Assembly (NCBI RefSeq): GCF_009914755.1 | Contig: NC_060947.1 | Strand: one strand, 5' to 3' | Length of the DNA stretch: 64,000 nt | From: the human T2T-CHM13v2.0 reference genome, Homo sapiens | In this document: positions 45,894 through 63,687 of the stretch, piece after piece | How the letters are laid out: the number at the start of each line of letters is the position of its first letter | Numbering within the stretch: position 1 is the stretch's first letter | The notes under the pieces: generated by a model | Seen by the model: the letters and a program-made list of their open reading frames with translations, nothing else | The model's database searches: none | What the model was told of the DNA's origin: nothing | Made by a program: the position numbers and the translations under genes

Positions 45894-46834
45894 GATTGAT
45901 GTGGGATGCAATATACAACAGAAAGCATGTGGTTCTACTAGCTTTCATACATGTAAACAACACCGGAATGAGTATACCAAATAGTTCTATCACCCCAAAA
46001 AACTCCCTGATTTTATCCCTCTGTCACACCTTCCTTTATATGTAAGCTCTGGTAATCACTGATCTGTTTTCTGGCCTTATAGTTTTATCATTTCAAGAAT
46101 GTCATATAAATAGAATCATATAGTGTGTGTAATGTTTTGAGGCTAACTTATTTAATTCAGCATAATGCTCTTGACATCCATTAAATTTGTTATGCCTATT
46201 AACGGCTCTTTCCTTTTTATTGCTGAGTGTTAATTCATTGAATAGATTTCCACCATTTGTTTAGCCATTCGCTCACTGAAGGACATTTGGGTTGTTTCCA
46301 GTTTTTGGCAATTATGATTAGAACCCCTATACACATTTGGGTACAGATTTTTTTTCTGAAGATAAGTTTTCATTTTTCTAGGGATGTGGTTCTTCACTGG
46401 GGACTATTTTGCCCCCACCAAGGGATATTTGACAATATCTAGAGACTTGGGGTGGGGGCAGTGCTACTGGCCTCTAGTGGATAGAGGCTAGGGATGCTGC
46501 TAAACATTCTACAGTGCATGGGTCTGTGTATTAGTCTGTTCTTACAGTGCTATAAGGAAATATCTGAGACTGGGTAATTTATAAAGCAAAGAGGTTTAAT
46601 TGACTCACAGTCCAGCATGGCTGGGGAGGTCTCAGGAAACTTACAATCATGGTGGAAGGTGAAGGGGAAGCAGGTACGTCTTACATGGCAGAAGGCGAAG
46701 GAGAAGCAAGATATCTTCTTCACAAGGTGAAGGATGGTAGGTAGGAAGGAAAAGGACCACAGGAGGAAATACCTAGCACTCATAAAACCATCAGATCTTG
46801 TGAGAACTCACTATCATGAGAACAGCATGGGGGT

Positions 46835-48261
<1,427 letters not shown>

Positions 48262-50273
48262 GGGGAAACAGCCCCATGATTCAGTTACCTCCAGCTGGCC
48301 TCTCCCTTGCCACGCAGGGATTATAGGGACTACGGGGATTACAATTCAAGATAAGATTTTGGGTGGGGACACAGCCAAACCTTATCAGTCTGCGTCCCAC
48401 AACAATGAGTTAGCCGGCCTGAGATGTCAGCAGTGCCAAGATTGAGAAACCCTGGGTAAATACCCAGGAGTACAATTGCTAGATCACATGGAAAGTATAT
48501 GTTTATAAGAAACACCCTGTTTTTCAGGGTGGCTGTACCATTTTACATTTCCACCAATGCTATAGAAGAGTTCTAGTTGCTTCACATCTTTACCAGCAAA
48601 CTAAGATGTTTTAAATAGATGTGTAGCAGTATCTTATTTGTGCCACTTTTTAAGGGTAAGAAAACATTCCCAGAAGCCCAAGAAGAATCCACCTGGTGTC
48701 TTATTGGTCAGAATCACATCACATACCTATTCCTAAGCAAATCGCAAGCAAGGAGAATGGAATTATTATTCACCATCTAGAGGACATGCTCTCTGGGGCT
48801 TCCTATCTAATTTCTTTATGTCTTCCCTTTATTTTCTCATGAAATAAAACAAAAAAGTACTACTTACAAGAAATCCCATACCTTGATCCTGTTCTTGAAA
48901 GACCATGCAGTGACACCTTCATTGTCAGTGGATTCAATAGGGGAGAAGTAAAGAAGAGGTCATTTCCCACACCCATTTCTGTTTCCAGGAAGAGTTATCG
49001 CAGTACCATAAATAAATCAATCCTCAATCTGCCATTTTCCCTTCTTCTTCCTCCCTCCAGGTATTTCTCCAGTAGGGCAGACTGGGAAATTAGATGGCCT
49101 CATCTCAGACCCAGGAGAGGGAGGAGGGAGTTGTCTACTGATTAAGCATCTGACAAAAATAGAATTCATTTTATTATTTTAGGGAGATAAAACAGTGCAT
49201 TCAAATAAATGTTTCTTCTTTGTGGCATCAGACTTCATTGGTTTATAGGCTGTGCTTGGTTGGAAGAATGTGCAATTCTGAGAGTGTCCAGTTCAGCATT
49301 CTGGTATATTCACCTGCAAAAAATAGCACTCACTAGCACTTGAAGTTATTTCATAAATTACTTACAAAATGGGCTAAAGTATGGCTGGCTTTCACTTCAA
49401 CCTTTCTTGGTAACTTAATTGGGAGAACTAAGCACAAATGGTTTCTAGAAGAAAATTCATAAAGAAGTCGTCTCTGAGTGGCAAAGAAGGGGAGGATATC
49501 TTACTGGTAAGCTTCTAAAGACCTTTTCATGAATGAAAGTCTGATAGGGAATAGTATTCCCAGAACAATTAATGAAAAGACAGTTTTAGGAGTGGTATCA
49601 CTTAGTGTGACTGTAATTGTTTTAAAAAAAGTTTGCGGTTTTCTAAATTGTCTCAGCCAAAACAAGTAATTTTTTTTAAGGCATAGGCCTCAAAGCATAT
49701 CCAGAGTGTTCAGAAAAGCTGGCAGTGCCATGAGCAAGAGAGATCCAGGTTCCCAAAGAGAAGAATGCACTAGCCTAACCCACCAGCAGACAGTACATTG
49801 GATCAACAGAAGCCACATAGGAGCTTGGACGAATGGGGCATGCCATAACAGCTCTGCTCCTCACTGGCTAGGTGTCCTTGAGCCACTTAATCATTCCACG
49901 CCTTAGTTTCTTCATCTAAAAACTGAGACAGTGATAATATTTACCACATAGAGTTGTTTGTTACCTGGGTAAATGCATATAAAGCACTTATTACAATGTC
50001 TGGTACGATATATGTGCTATACTTTTCACTATTAGCTATTATAATTATTAGAAAACAAGAGAGGATACATAGTATGAGCAAGAGTGTTAAAAAGCTAAAA
50101 GAGAGTCCCTCTCCCACCCCTAATGAGGACACTGCCACAAATCTCATGGATCCTGGTAGAGAATGTCTCCTCATCCACAAACAAAAGACCTTGTCTGGGG
50201 GTAGCTCACCTCCTCCCCATTATGAAGTTATTGCAGAATATATGATTCCATCTTCATCTCTTTTTTTGAACTA

Positions 50274-50974
<701 letters not shown>

Positions 50975-51892
50975 CTATCAAAGGGAGGTGCATCCCCAAG
51001 TTTCTGGAGGGTGACATACCTGGTAGAAGGCAATTTTGGTCCCTGATACAATAGAGATATGTGAAGGTTAAACTACCAAGACCTGGCTAGAAATTTCTCA
51101 GTTCTGCCAAGGGCTGGCCCTGTAACTGGGTTTTTGTGTGTTTCTTCTTCCCTCTATATAGTAGTTGTCTCAAATCAGTTGTTGATTGCATGGCAGTTTA
51201 AGGATTCAGTCTCCTCGCAAGCTTCTCTTGGGGATAATTTTAGGGGAAAAAACAAATTCTGTACCCTAAACCAAACTAAATGTGGACAAAATGGAAAATC
51301 TCTTCAGATAGGCAGCCAAATTTGTGGTAGAATTAAAGGGTCAGATGGGAAAGGAGTAAGGTGAGACAGCCTGGTCACAAGACTTGAACACAGCTGGAAC
51401 CTAGAGGTAAAAGTAGCACACTGGTTTCAGGAAGGAAAGAGGGGAAGACAGGCCTCTCTCTACCAGTCAACTGTGCAATTCTAGGCACATTTGCTGGAAC
51501 TGCTCCCAAAACAGGGCCTGAACCAGCTGAGCAACCCCAAGAGCTTCCAGGGAGCAAGAAATCTGGAGGAATCTGTAATGGGCAGAAGGTGAAATCTCAT
51601 TAGAAACCTGTTTGCTTTTGTAACACATGACAAGCAGGATTTTGACACTTGCGAAGAAGCTCCCCAGAGCCTGGAGAAAAAGATGAAATCTGAAAAGGAA
51701 GAGAATGCTTCTTGCCTTTGGCCACATGTCCTAAGAGGTGTCTGAAGAGATATGTGAATCAATCATCTTGATTGCTGATTGATATGTGAGAGCAACCATC
51801 ATAAGGCTTTGAAGATTCCCAAGAGAAGGTCCTTATTTTAGAAAAAATCTGACTACAGAAGGAGGAACAACAGGAACGTGTACCAAGTGTAC

Positions 51893-52322
51893 TGTATTAG
51901 TCAGGGTTCCCTATAGGGACAGAACTAATAGGATATATATATATATATCTGAGTTTATTAACTTACGTGATCACAAGGTCCCACAATAGGCTGTCTGCAA
52001 GCTTGAGGAGAAAGGAGAGCCAGTCTGAGTCTCAAAACTGAAGAACTTGGAGTCCAATGTTTGAAGGCAGGAAGCATCCAACACAGGAGAAAGATGTAGG
52101 CTGGGACACTAGACCAGTCTTGCCTTTTCACATTTCTCTGCCTGCTTTATATTCACTCGCAGCTGATTAGATTGTGTCCACCAGATTAAGGGTGGGTCTG
52201 CCTTCCACAGCCCACTGATTCAAATGTTAATTTCCTTTGGCAACACCCTCGCAGACACACCCAGGATCAATACTTTGCCTCCTTCAATCCAATCAAGTTG
52301 ACACTCAGTATTAACCATCACA
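51893..52322 (-). mobile_element. MLT2A-type (HERV-L) solo LTR
   Basis: tgtattagtcagggttc...(TA)n...gttgacactcagtattaaccatcaca; TSD tgtac. Confidence 0.88.
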
Positions 52323-53032
52323 TGTACCAAGAGCTTCTAACAGGTATGTTGTTTTCCTTGACTCTTGATTGCATCCCAGCAATATACAGGGCATTATGGG
52401 AAGAAGTCCTTGGTTTCTCAGAATGGTACCAAGAAATAGATAGCATTGCTAGAGACTGAGGGATCAAGAAAAAATAATTTTTTCTTCAAAGTAACTCACT
52501 TCAGAAATTCCACCATAGACACTGGCATTACATAGAGGCAGACAAGCATTTATTTTAATATTGCCCAATAAGCCTCTGATCCCTGATACTTATACCTTTC
52601 TGCCCATACCCAGCAGCTTAAGCATTTCTTAAGAGTTTGAGGTCCCCACATACATCCCAAGATGGGTGTTGCCGTAACTACTGTGCAAAATCTGCTATAC
52701 AAGTTATTATAATGCTTTAAAAATGTAATTCCAAGCTCAGTCTAATAAACTCTCTAAGACAGCATATACAAGTTTAGGGTTAATTTCCATTTTGACCACT
52801 GCAGTCATTCTTGATTGGGTTTCACCACACCTCAGATATGCCAGGAGCAGGCAGTTAAAAGGAGCAGGTAGAATTCTACACAGAACTCTGGGCTCAAATT
52901 ACCCACAGTCTATGCAGTAGCCTTTGGGGAACAGGCATCAAGTTCTGTTTTGCACCACCTCTGCTGAGGTGGTAAGAGCACTGGATTTGAGGTCAGGAGG
53001 CTTGGATTTGAATTTCAGTCATACATACCCTC

Positions 53033-53472
53033 TTGGTAACTGGGTTCTTGTCAAGTGTCCAGGAAGAATCAGGTCACATGGACTTGAAGAGTGTTGAATG
53101 TGAAGACTTTATTAAGCAGTGGAAGTGGCCCTCAGCAGAAGGGGAGCTGAAAGGGGGATGGAGCAGGAAGAAGGCCAGGCTTCAGGGAAGCCATTTGTCC
53201 ACAGATGGCAACTGCTAAAAGGGCATTATTTATAACGCACATCTTCTGGGGCTCCAGAGGTCATGGGCAACTGCTAGACACTGTTGCAAGCTGGTACAGG
53301 ATTTGTTCCTGCCAGCATCTAAAGGCACTTGACCTGGCTCCTGCACCCACTCACCTGCGTGCTCCCCCTCCCTCAAGGGGTTTGAGGTCAATTTGAGCAA
53401 AATGAGTCCCCCCACCCACACCCTTGCAAGTCCCTTGAGGGAGTCAGGGAACTCTCCTGTCCTCCAGTCTCA
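53033..53472 (-). mobile_element. ERV1 LTR remnant (MER52/LTR1 group, tentative)
   Basis: gggttcttgtc...ccaggaagaatcaggtcaca and cctgcacccactcacctgcgtgctcccc motifs. Confidence 0.55.
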
Positions 53473-53753
53473 CTACTTCTCTGGGCCTCCTTTTCTCTTC
53501 TGTAAAACGTCATGGAAAATCGTGTGACAAGACTGAAAATTGTCAATGCTAAGCAATTCTGAAGTGCTTTTTCTGGGCATCAAGTTCCATTAGATCCCTT
53601 AGACTAGAGTATGGACCCTGGGTCACCTCCTTTCTCATTTCTTCCATTCCCACGCTAATGCTAAATAGTAGCACTGTCAAAAAATTGCCAAGGGTGGAAA
53701 TGGAAGTATCCATTCCTTCCACTTCCACAGAGAAAGCCTAGAATATTTTTTAA

Positions 53754-54075
<322 letters not shown>

Positions 54076-54159
54076 TATAATGAGCTTTTGACTGAGACTC
54101 TTAAAGTCCCTTTTCACAGATGGTATAAGGCGTTATTTGAAGGAATGTCACACTCCTCA

Positions 54160-54625
54160 TGAGAGTGAGTCATGAGTTCCATATGAGTCATGTTTTTTTT
54201 TTAAACTCTCACTATGACTCCATTACACATTTTGAGCTTTCCACAGACCCTTATTCTCTGCCCCTGTCTACAAGTTCACAATGCCTTTGAAGGATGCTGG
54301 CAAAAGCAATGGGGTCATCAGCCTTGGAAAGAAACTCAGAAGTTCTCATGAGGTATGATAAACCTCGTAAGTGTGACAAGATGAGGTTTCTGATCTCAGA
54401 GTTAAGTTTATCTCCTGCTGGAAAAGTGTTTGATTTGACTGCTGACAAATCTGTGCACTCTGTATTATGTAGGCTCCAGTGAAAGAGTGAGGTCAAAGAC
54501 TGCTATTCCCTGATGGGTCAGCCCTTCTCTTCAGAAGCCAGTTGTGAAGGTTTCAGTGTTGAGGGGAAAATTTAGCTTGAGGGATGTGTGTGTTTGTGTT
54601 TCCCTCTGCTTAAGCTGTGGTGACC
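54160..54625. promoter_or_regulatory. Candidate AP-1/RUNX enhancer in unique sequence
   Basis: Perfect TGAGTCA at 54166-54172 and 54184-54190; TGTGGT at 54616-54621. Confidence 0.45.
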
Positions 54626-54770
54626 TTGGGAGGGTTGTGAGCTGATTATTTTCTGTAGTGATACACAAGGTAGAGACTGACTTGATAACTGAGGGTTGGG
54701 GTTAGTTCTAATATCCTCAGCAATGATTTGGTGCAGGGGCAAACTGAGGAGGAAGCCATGGGAATTGTTA

Positions 54771-55160
<390 letters not shown>

Positions 55161-55189
55161 TATCAAGGCCAAACTCTGATAGGTTATGC

Positions 55190-55502
55190 CAGTTGTTTAC
55201 AGAGTGTGGTCTCTGGAACCAGTAACATCAACATCACCTGGGAAATTGATGAAAATTCAAGTTCTTGGGCTGCTCTCCAGACAAGTGAATCTACAGCTTC
55301 TACGGTGGAGCCCAGCAATTCACAGTTCAACAAGCCTTCCAGCATGATTCTGATTCATGCTATTGTTTGAGAACTACTGGGTTAAGAGCTTTAGTTCTCA
55401 ACCTGGGCTGCATACCCAAGTTGTTTGTTTTAAAATAGAAATTCTGGGATGGGGCCCAGTATCCCTAGATAACTCTGATGTTCAGGCAGGATTGAGAACC
55501 AC
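55190..55502. mobile_element. MER5-family DNA transposon remnants
   Basis: catcaacatcacctgggaa...aacaagccttccag...tttgagaactactg. Confidence 0.7.
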
Positions 55503-55745
55503 AAGCACATTCTCTCCTTAGGGGCAAGTTACTTGGGATTATGGGAAGTTTTTGTCATGGGCCTTTCATCTCCTTGTTGGGATTATAGGTTGGAGTTTTA
55601 GGATTACATGGAGTTTCCTGGCCCAGGGCCTGTCTCTGTGATGGAATTGAGGCCGAGTTAAAAAGTGATGGCTGTGCTTCTTGATAGAGAAGTTAGGGTC
55701 TGTCTGGCTATTGGTCCCCCATCTCTCTCCTCCCTTAAAAATCTA

Positions 55746-56400
<655 letters not shown>

Positions 56401-57259
56401 TAGAAGAAGCAGTTGGCCTTCTTTGTACAGAGGCCTGGAAGAAGAGGTTCTGCAGAAATAGTGAATGGTGGATGATGGTTGCCAAGATACAGTTATGTTA
56501 GCCCCTGAACCTTCTCTATTTCAAACTAGGCATCTCTAGTTATTTTAGTTCTTTCACCTTCTCCCTATTATGCCCAACTCCATTAGACACGTGGTATATG
56601 ACCTTGGGCTTCTTTTGCTTTCATTTCTACATTTTAGAACAGGAACAATGCCTGTTATCACTCAAAATGTTAAGGGGACAGGCAGGGATGAGGGAAGGAC
56701 CAATGAGGGGAGACTACCTACATTTGCCAATGTTTAAGATGCACAAGACAGTAAAACTATCTCCATTACACAGTGAATTTGTGTGTGTGTGTGTGTGTGT
56801 TGGTGGGGGGGGTCTCAACTCTTTATCATACTTGTTTTAAAAGTGATTTAATAGTGTTTTTCAGGGGCAAAATTTAGTTCATTCATTTAAATATTGAATT
56901 CTGGAGCAGTGGTGAGATAATACAAACTTGTGTTTGCAGTTAAGCCAATCTGTCATTTCATATCTCCTTCTCTTGGCTTCCTGTCATAATAACAGTATGC
57001 TATAGACACTGAGTAATGTACATATACATTTGGCGGAAAGTATATTGAATACAGGTACATATGGTAACATCAACTGCAGGACTGTGTGCTAGATATTTAC
57101 ATTTCTTATCTCACCATATTTAATCCTTACAAAAATCTTGTGAGATTCTTATTGCCTTTTACAGATAAGACTGAGCTTTATGTGATCTGACTTCCCCAAG
57201 GAGACACAATGTCAGGCAGAACCAGGATTTGAACTTGGATATGCATGATTTGAGGGAGC

Positions 57260-57986
<727 letters not shown>

Positions 57987-58129
57987 TGATGGACATATCG
58001 ATGCAGGGCAAATAAACGATTTGCTCCAGATGACTCACTGTAGCTAAGACTGGAATCTAGTTTTCTTGACCATCTGCCAAACCAGAAAGTACATCTTAGA
58101 TCAAAAGATGAGGGAGCCTCTTCTTACTG

Positions 58130-58535
58130 TGTAGCAGGATGAGCCGCAGACAAAACCCCTCAGACACAGGGCTAAAGAAGGAAGAGGCTTTATTTGGCCG
58201 GGAGCATTGGCAGACTTGCGTCTCAAGAACCGAGCTCCCCAAAGAAAGAGTTCCTGGCCCTTTTAAGGGCTTACAACTCTAAGGGGTCCATGTGAAAGGG
58301 TCGGGATAGATTGAGCAAGCATGGGGTAGGTGACTAGGTGAGGATTGTGAGCAAGGCAAGTATTTTTCCATACCATTTTCTGTGATCTATAGATAGCACA
58401 AGTGGTTAGGGTGGGGATTAATCTTTAACCTACAGGCCTGGCCAGTGGCCCCAATCAGTCTATTATTTTTCAGTTTTCACTTCCTCCTTTTTCTTTGGAG
58501 ACAGGGGAGAGTAGGAGAAATGGCCTCTCTCCTCA
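58130..58535 (-). mobile_element. LTR2-family (HERV-E-related) solo LTR
   Basis: tgtagcaggatgagccgcagacaaaacccctcagacac...ctctctcctca; TSD actg/gctg. Confidence 0.75.
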
Positions 58536-60002
58536 GCTGCAGCAACACCGACACTGACCAAGAAAACAAGAAAGGGATTAGCATGTCTCCCCTTCTCCTT
58601 AGGTTCTGAAATAGGATTCTGACGTTTCAGATGGGCAAAAGAAGGTCCTTGCAAAGCTGTTCAAATAGCAAGAATGATATGGGGTCATATTATCAGGGAC
58701 AATAGGTACCGGAGTAGGGAATTCAGCTTTCTTTGGGCTATACTTTTGTCCAGGTTTCTTAAAGCTTCAGCTTTGGATTTCAAAATATAAGTGGACAAAG
58801 TTAAGGGGGCAGAAAAGCAATCATAAATATATTTATTTATTTGAAAAGCTTTTACATAGTTCTTACTTTGTGCTAGGTGCTGTTCTAAATATTTTACCTG
58901 TATTAACTCATTTAATCCTCATAACAATGTTATGCAGTGGGTACAATTATTATCCCCATTTTACAGATGAAGATATTGAGGCTCTGAGAGGTGAAATGTT
59001 TACCCAAGGCTACAAAGTCAATAAGTGGCAGAGCCCAGAGTTAAACCTTTGCAGTCTAGCTCCAGACCCCATACTTTCAGCCATAATACTGTGCTGCTTC
59101 TTGAGGCTACAAGAAGAATTCTAAAACCACAGACTCAGAGTTGGAAAGGCAATTAATGGACTTTTAGTCCAACCTTCCAACCAATAGAGGAATCCTTTGT
59201 ATGCCCTCCCTGCCCTGCTTGAAAATTTTCAGTGTCAGGAGCTTGGTATCTCAAAAGTAGATCATTCCAATATGGATTGTCTCTGATTGTTAAGAAGTTT
59301 AACTTAACAATAAACTGGGGAAGCTGGGGAAGAAAATATTCTCAGCTCGTGTTTGCTGAACTTGTATTACGTTCAAACCATTCTATTTGGTATATACAAA
59401 GAAAAGGATATACCCTGTACCTTATGGACTCTTAAGAGAAATAAACATTCATATAATGGCTACTATATATGGCAGACTATGCTACATGCTATAATGTGAC
59501 TACAGTCACGCATCACTTAACAATGAGGATATGTTCCGAAAATGCATTACTATATGATTTTGTCCTTGTGTGAACATTATGGAGTGTACTTACACAAACC
59601 TAAATGGTATAGCCTGCCACACACCTAGCCTATATATCATAGTCTATTGCTCCTAGGCTACAAACCTTTACAGCATATGACTGTACTGGATACTGTAGAC
59701 AATTGGAACACAATGGTCAGTGTTTGTGTATCTAAACATATCCTAAATATAGAAAATGTACAGTCAAAATATAGTATAGAAGACAAAAAATGGTATACCT
59801 GTATAGGGCACTTACCTTGAATGGAGCCTACAGGACTGGAAGTTGATCTGGCTGAGTCAGTGAGTGGTGAGTGAATGTGAAGGCCTGGGACATAGTAGTG
59901 TATATTACTGTAGACTTTATACACATTGTACATTTAGGCTTTGCTAAATTTATTTTTAAAATTTTATTTATTCAATAATAAATGAGGCTGGGTGTGGTAG
60001 CT

Positions 60003-60656
60003 TGTTCCCGGACCAAACCAAGGGTCGGGCTGCTTATTCTCACAGGCTAACGAGATACAGATGAACTGGGAAAGGAGGGAGTTTTTATCTCTGTACCTGG
60101 TTACAGAGAAGGCCTAGAAAATATTGCCAGATCAACTCAAAATTACAAAGTTTTCCAGCGCTTATATACCTTCTAAGCTGTATTTCTACGTGTAAGTGTG
60201 CATTTATCTAAAGAAATAAGTGATTAACTTCTTTTAATTTATAACTAAGGTCTGAGTCCTGAAGACCTTCCTCTGGAACCTCAGTAAATTTATTCAATCT
60301 AAATGGGTCCAGGTGCTGGAGTGATTACCCTTATCTTGTCTCTGGCTAAATCATGGAGATTTGGGGAGTTCCTTCAGACCCCCAATAAACTTGTTTGTGG
60401 AGGTCTGGGGAGTTTCTTCAGACCCCCAATAAAACTTGTTTAATCCTAAACAGGTTCTGTTAAGAATTCCTTCATTATTTTGTCATGCTTCAAGGCCTAG
60501 GAGGGCCTAGGCAAAACTCTTGGTGGACTTTTGTTACATCTCAGCCTTTGTATAAGGGCACTGGCTCTTTTAGCTTTTAATATTTAACTTAACCACTCAG
60601 TCAGTGCTGAAACACTTGTTAAGGAGGCCTATGTTAGTGAGACCTGGCCTGCCACA
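60003..60656 (-). mobile_element. ERV1 solo LTR (LTR15-like, tentative) inserted in the 5' end of an AluJ(+) (~59986-60930)
   Basis: TG...CA ends; TSD agct/ggct; the Alu resumes as ggctcacacttgtaat. Confidence 0.7.
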
Positions 60657-60980
60657 GGCTCACACTTGTAATTTCAGCATTTAGGGAGGATGAAACGTGA
60701 GGATCACTAGAGGTCAGGAGTTCAAGACCAGCCTGGACAACATAGTGAGACCCTGTCTCTACAAAAAAACTTTTTTAAATAGCGGGGTGCCTGTAGTCCA
60801 GGCCACTCGGGAGGCTGAGGTGGGAGGATTGCTTGAGCCCAGGACTTTTAGTTTACTGTGAGCTGATCATGCCATTGCACTCCAGCATGGGCAACAGAGT
60901 AAGTCTCTTTTAAATAATCATAATAATAATTATAAATTAACCTTAGCTTATTGTAACTTTTTTACTTTATAAACTTTTAA

Positions 60981-61373
<393 letters not shown>

Positions 61374-61472
61374 AATATTTTCTTTCTATGTATCTTTATT
61401 CTATAAGCTTTTTTCTATTTTAAAATATTTTATTTTTACTTTTTAAACTTTTTTGTTAAAAACAAAGACACG

Positions 61473-61787
<315 letters not shown>

Positions 61788-61802
61788 AAAAACAAAGACA
61801 CA

Positions 61803-62058
61803 AGGCTGAGGCAGGTGGATCACTTGAGGTCAGGAGTTCGAGACCAGCCTGACCAACATGGTGAAACCCTGTCTCTAGTAAAAAAAATACAAAAATTAGC
61901 CAGGTGTGGTGGTGGGCACCTGTAATCCCAGCCACTCTGGAGGCTGAGGCAGGAGAATCACTTGAACCCAGGAGTCAGAGGTTGCAGTGAGCAAAGGTCA
62001 GGCCACTGCACTCCAGCCTGGGCGACAGAGTAAGACTGTCTCAAAAAAAAAAAAAAAA
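61803..62058 (+). mobile_element. 5'-truncated AluS immediately after the AluYb8
   Basis: Begins aggctgaggcaggtggatcac; followed by aaagacacac. Confidence 0.88.
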
Positions 62059-62459
62059 AGACACACACACATTAGGCTAGGCCTACACAGGGTCAGGATC
62101 ATCAATATCACTATCTTCTGCCTTCATATCTTGTCCCACTGGAAGGTCTTTGGGGGTAAAAGAACATGCATGGAGCTGTCACCTACTATGATAAAAATGC
62201 CTTCTTCTGGAATACCTACTGAAGGACCTGCCTGTGGCTGTTTTACAGTTAACTTTTTTATATATAAGTAGAAGGAGTACACTTTAAAATAATGATGGGA
62301 AGGACAGTACGGTAAATACGTGAACCAGTAACATAGTTGTTTATCATCATTATCAAGTAATATGTACTGTATACAATGGTGTGTGCAAACCTACTGGCAG
62401 CACAGTAGGTTTGTTTACTTCAGCATCACCACAAATACGTGCGTAACGCATTGTGCTAT

Positions 62460-63157
62460 TCTGTCCAGAATTGGTTCCTTCTGGTGGGTTCTTGGTCTTG
62501 ATGACTTCAAGAATGAAGCCACGGACCCTCACAGTGAATGTTACAGTTCTTAATGTTTGGATGTGTCCAGAGTTTCTTCCTTCTAGTGGGTTCGTGGTCT
62601 TGCTGACTTCAGGAGTGAAGCCGCAGACCTTCGCAGTGAGTGTTACAGCTCTTAAAGTTGGTGTGTCTGGAGTTGTTTGCTCCTCCTGGTGGGTTTGTGG
62701 TCTCGCTGACTTCAGCAGTGAAGCCACAGACCTTCAAAGTGAGTGTTACAGCTCACAAAGGTAGTGCAGACCCAAAGAGTGAGCAGCAGCAAGATTTATT
62801 GTGATGAGTGAAAGAACAAAGCTTCCACAGCGTGGAAGGGGACACAAGCAGGTTGCCGTTGCTGGCTCAGGTGGCCAGTTTTTATTCCCTTATTTGGCCC
62901 CACCCACACCCTGCTGATTGGTCCATTTTACAGAGCACTGATTGGTCCATCTTACAGAGCGCCGATTGGTGCATTTACAATCCTTTAGCTAGACCCAGAG
63001 TGCTGATTGGTGTGATTTTACAGAGTGCTGATTGGTGCATTTACAATCCTTTAGCTAGACCCAGAGTGCTGATTGGTGCATTTACAATCCTTTAGCTAGA
63101 CACAAAAGTTCTCCAAGTCCCCATCCAACCCAGAAGCTCAGCTGGTTTCACCTCTCA
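62460..63157 (-). mobile_element. LTR12-family (ERV9) solo LTR with a tandem CCAAT array
   Basis: tgtccagaattgg...aagaatgaagcc; six ATTGG in repeated units at 62910-63100; TSD ctat. Confidence 0.9.
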
Positions 63158-63687
63158 CTATGATGTTATGATAGTTATGACATCTCTAGGTGATAGGAAA
63201 TTTTCAGCTTCATTATTATCCTATGGGACCACCATAATATATGTGATATGTTGTTGACTGAAATGGTGTTATGCAGTGCCTGACTGTACAAAGGTGAGCT
63301 GCAGGTGTACAGAAGAAAGTGAAACTGATTCCAGCAAAGGTGGTTTAGGTAAAGTATCCTAAAGACAGTAACAGCTGTATCTTGAAGCTTGGATAAGATT
63401 TCAGTAAGCACAGCTGAAGCAGAAAGGCAGAAATGAAACAACAAATAAGGACAGAGGTACTCTCTTTCTATGGCCACCCTCTGGCTAGCTGAAGACAGCC
63501 AGCATGATGCTCTGAGTCTATCTTTCTCTTGTCCCCTTAGCTGGTTTGCTTTTCATATAGAGGTTGAGAGCATAGGTTCTGCATTTGGATCCCAGTTCAG
63601 CCACTCATTACCAGGGCCACATTATAACTTTTGTAGACCCTATGCACTTTTATATTTGTGGGTCCCTTCCTTCTTTAAAAACAAACT

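Noticed and set aside
62910-63100. Repeat-spacer-like pattern resembling a CRISPR array
   Set aside because: The units are the tandem CCAAT repeats of LTR12; there are no unique spacers or cas genes, and the DNA is human.
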